Assembly: GCA_963705305.1 (NCBI GenBank)
Contig: OY970067.1
Location: 992,001 to 1,056,000, forward strand
DNA: 64,000 nucleotides
Source of the DNA: an uncultured Methylomirabilota bacterium
GTDB taxonomy: Bacteria > Methylomirabilota > Methylomirabilia > Methylomirabilales > 2-02-FULL-66-22
Direction of reading: 5' to 3'
Under the pieces are notes generated by a model. The model saw nothing but the letters and a program-made list of their open reading frames with translations. It was not told the origin of the DNA and made no database searches. This document shows positions 61,164 to 64,000 of the stretch, piece by piece (position 1 is the first letter of the stretch; each line of letters begins with the position of its first letter). A program made the position numbers and the translations under genes.

Positions 61164-63341
61164 CTAGAAGTCGTACTTCATCATGAAGCTGAGAATCTGC
61201 GCCTCGTAGTTGGGTGCGGTCGCCCCCAGGAACGGCGTGATTGCGCTCGTGTCGACGTTCCCCATGTACGGCGCCATGGAGTCCATGGCGAAATTCTGCT
61301 CCGTGTACCGCTCGTAGGTGTAGCCCAGCTGGGCCGAGAGCTTCTGGGTGATGAAGTAGCGCGCAGTGATCTTGACGGTCTGGAGCAAGCTGTCGACGTT
61401 CGGCCAGTTCGAGGCGTAGGCGCCCGCGAGGTTGCTGGCGCTTCCCGTGGTTGCCAGGGTCGGTGTCCCCAGGTTGCTGGCGTCAATCCTGGTCTGCCCA
61501 AAGGTGATCGAGTATCCCGCGGTGATCTTCAGCTTCTTCGGGATCACGTCGAGATCAGCGTTCAAACCCACCGTGTGGAAGAAATCCGCGCTGCTGCTCT
61601 TCCAGTCGTTGGCGGCAAAGTTGTACACGGTGTTCGCCCCGACCACCGGGATGTACCGGTTCTGCTGGTTGTACATGTCGCATTCGAAGGTGTAATCGGC
61701 CGACAGCTTCAGCCAGTTCAACGGGGTCCACCCCAGGCTGAAGCCGGCGGAGAGATCGTTGTCGTACGTCAGCCCATACGCTGAATTGTAGTAATTGTCC
61801 TCCGCATAGCTAAACGTGGCGGAAGGCGTCACGGTCTCCCAGGGGGTGAGCTGGAACAGCAGATCTACCTTGTTCTGTCGCCGGTCGGCCTGATCGAACA
61901 TCACGAACTGCGGCAGCTGGCCTGCCGGAGCCACGTAATTGTTGACCGTTCGCTGGCTGTAGCTGTACGTCACCCGGCTCAGGAGCCACTCGATCGGCGT
62001 CAGGTCGAGCGAAAGCTTGCCCGTATGCTGCTCGTCCGAGCTCGAGTCGAAATCCCCCAGGTCCCGGTGCTCGTAGTCGTAGCCGACTTTCAGGGAGGCC
62101 CAGCTGATCGGCCTCCACCCGATGTCCCCGCCGGCGTTCTGCTTCGTGTAGCGCTCTTGCGTCGTTGCGCACGTCGTAATGGAAGCCGCAGTCCCCAAGC
62201 CTTCGGGATCGCAACTGGTGAAGATGTGCTCCGGCGTATCGTTCTGGTACTCGAAGTAGCGGTACCGCACCGTGGTCGTGACGTTGTCGAGCGGACGGCT
62301 GGTCACCTCGATATTGCCCAGGACGTTGTTCGCCTTTGTGTCCGGGCTCGTGCTTCCGGAACTGTCCGCGTTTGTCGGCGCAGCCACGGACGGGTTATTG
62401 AGAGTGAACGTCTGGTCCTGTCGCATCAGGCTGTAGGCAAAGGTCCCACTGATGCGCGACCGCAGGGGCAGGGGCGCCGACCCGGTGAGGTTGAAGGTGT
62501 GCTCGATGTTATTCGGCGGGGCGGCGATCTGCCCCAGGCTGCCTACCCCTGTGGCAGTTGTCGGGTTGGCCCAGGTGTAACTGCTGTAGTCGTTTCGAAA
62601 GATCGAGGCGTTATAGCCGAACTGCAACACATAGCCCTCTCGGGCATACTCCGCGCCGAACTTCACATTCTGCGTCATGTTGTCGATGGGGATGGCCAGC
62701 TCGGTGGGCGAGCCGCCCGGGCTCCCGATCACCGTTCCGAGCGCCTGGTACCCTTGCCTGTGGATGTTTTCGTAGCCCACATCGAAGGTCCATTCCTCCG
62801 TTGGCGTGAACTTGAACCCGGCCTGCCCCGTGTCGGTGTTGAATTTGAGATCCACGGGGCGTGTCAGCGCGTTGATCCTGCTCTGGGCATTGGCGGCCGT
62901 GAACGGCACCAACGTCGAGGGCAGCGTGAAGGTCGAGCCGTTCTGCTGGAAGACCGTCTCCGCGTCATTGCTGATCACGTGCGGGACTCGATTCCAATCC
63001 AAGTCCAATTGGAACAGCCCGTACTGCCCGACGGATCCATCATACTTCTGATCCTCCCGGCCGGGATTGGTCACATCCAGTTTAAAATGGTACGGATTGG
63101 CCGTGTCTTCGCCTTGCAGCGAAAGCCCGCCGATGAATCCGTTATCCATATCCCGGTATTCATCGAACTTCGACGAGTTGCGCTCGCCGAACGAGTACAT
63201 CCCTCCGGCCTCGACCGAGCCCCCGATCCTCCAATCTAAGACATCCTGCTGAGCCCGGGACAGGCCGGGAGCCGCCAGGGAAAGGGAGGCCGCGACGAGA
63301 CCGGCCAGCGCGACGCTCACCCATTTTCGTGCTTGCCCCAT
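61164..63341 (-). CDS. MtrB/PioB-family outer-membrane beta-barrel
   Basis: Signal peptide; KFDEYRD, P.N..H, beta-strand periodicity and terminal KYDF; follows the multiheme cytochrome. Confidence 0.88.
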   Translation of the reverse strand: MGQARKWVSVALAGLVAASLSLAAPGLSRAQQDVLDWRIGGSVEAGGMYSFGERNSSKFDEYRDMDNGFIGGLSLQGEDTANPYHFKLDVTNPGREDQKYDGSVGQYGLFQLDLDWNRVPHVISNDAETVFQQNGSTFTLPSTLVPFTAANAQSRINALTRPVDLKFNTDTGQAGFKFTPTEEWTFDVGYENIHRQGYQALGTVIGSPGGSPTELAIPIDNMTQNVKFGAEYAREGYVLQFGYNASIFRNDYSSYTWANPTTATGVGSLGQIAAPPNNIEHTFNLTGSAPLPLRSRISGTFAYSLMRQDQTFTLNNPSVAAPTNADSSGSTSPDTKANNVLGNIEVTSRPLDNVTTTVRYRYFEYQNDTPEHIFTSCDPEGLGTAASITTCATTQERYTKQNAGGDIGWRPISWASLKVGYDYEHRDLGDFDSSSDEQHTGKLSLDLTPIEWLLSRVTYSYSQRTVNNYVAPAGQLPQFVMFDQADRRQNKVDLLFQLTPWETVTPSATFSYAEDNYYNSAYGLTYDNDLSAGFSLGWTPLNWLKLSADYTFECDMYNQQNRYIPVVGANTVYNFAANDWKSSSADFFHTVGLNADLDVIPKKLKITAGYSITFGQTRIDASNLGTPTLATTGSASNLAGAYASNWPNVDSLLQTVKITARYFITQKLSAQLGYTYERYTEQNFAMDSMAPYMGNVDTSAITPFLGATAPNYEAQILSFMMKYDF

Positions 63342-63391
63342 GTTCGCCTCCACAGAAGATTCGCGGTTCCCGAGACTTTCAACCCGAGCCG

Positions 63392-64000
63392 TCACCGGGT
63401 GAAATAGATGCCCGATGGAGAGTTCGACCCGTGGATGTTCGAGTGGCAGTTCAGGCACGCCGCGTTGAACACGTACCGGGACGTCGGCGCGTACGGGTTC
63501 GTCGGATGCCGGTTCGTATCATGACATTGCTGGCAGAGCCGCGGCGGCTTGAGGCGGAGGAGATACCCGTTGTTCGACCCGTGCGGCTGATGGCAGTTCA
63601 TGCAGGTCTCCATCACCGGCGGATGCGTCCAGAGGAACGGACCCCGCTTGTCCGCGTGGCAGCTGGTGCACAGGTCATTAACGGAGATGGCTTTGATCAG
63701 GTGCTCGGTGGTCGAGCCGTGCGGGTTATGGCAGCTGGTGCACACGAGGCTTCCGGCCTCTCCGAGGTCGCTCGCCGGCATGTGAGAGGAGCGCTGGAAC
63801 TGCCTGGTTTTTGCTTGATGGCACTGGGCGCACAGCGCCATTTCGGTTTCCTTCTGGAGCTGAGCCTTCTTACTCTTCGGGGAGTGGACCGAGTGGCAAG
63901 TCTCGCAGACAACGTCGCGGGAGTCGTGCGGGCTTCCCGCCCACAGGATCTGCTTGCCCCGCTCATGGCACTGGAGGCACACCGCGGCCTGCTCGTGCGC
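63392..64000 (-). CDS. DmsE/MtrA/PioA-family multiheme cytochrome c (partial; N-terminus outside the window)
   Basis: 8 CxxCH visible; KRGPFLW.H.PV and NCHSNIHGSN.PSG. Confidence 0.9.
   Translation of the reverse strand, partial: AHEQAAVCLQCHERGKQILWAGSPHDSRDVVCETCHSVHSPKSKKAQLQKETEMALCAQCHQAKTRQFQRSSHMPASDLGEAGSLVCTSCHNPHGSTTEHLIKAISVNDLCTSCHADKRGPFLWTHPPVMETCMNCHQPHGSNNGYLLRLKPPRLCQQCHDTNRHPTNPYAPTSRYVFNAACLNCHSNIHGSNSPSGIYFTR

Overview
High-GC bacterial chromosomal window with about 55 genes, all on the minus strand. Gene content suggests an anaerobe or facultative anaerobe such as Methylomirabilota/Rokubacteria or a deltaproteobacterium-like lineage (inference only). From left to right: (i) a CCA-adding enzyme preceded by an unannotated ~200-nt structured leader RNA with its own sigma70 promoter, a terminator and a possible antiterminator; (ii) VKOR/TlpA, methyltransferases and a peroxiredoxin; (iii) an Orange-protein (orp)-like Fe-S/redox cluster (three NifB/NifX proteins, paired 4Fe-4S MinD-like ATPases, NifU-Mrp fusion, radical SAM, selenocysteine peroxiredoxin PrxU, CGGC protein) with two sigma54 promoters sharing a TTGCA-N4-TGCAA site and a PAS-domain sigma54 activator; (iv) an octaheme HAO-family cytochrome; (v) a 2-hydroxyacid catabolic block (LctP, tungsten AOR + MoaD, GlcDEF, LutABC, Fe-S D-lactate dehydrogenase); (vi) a cytochrome c-fused bd-superfamily pair; (vii) PFOR (nifJ) with a second selenoprotein, a UxxC protein disulfide oxidoreductase; (viii) a tripartite tricarboxylate transporter; (ix) an oxalate oxidoreductase (YPIRP signature) cluster with a CDC48-type AAA ATPase and a FadR-type regulator; and (x) an MtrB/PioB porin with a partial DmsE/MtrA multiheme cytochrome. 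The most interesting items are a possible anaerobic glycolate to glyoxylate to oxalate to CO2 route, two hidden selenoproteins with matching SECIS geometry, the orphan riboswitch-like RNA, and two paralogous 'DLLDxD..S / DPA' small ORFs, each upstream of a carboxylate transporter. No CRISPR array, rRNA, tRNA or intact transposase was seen.
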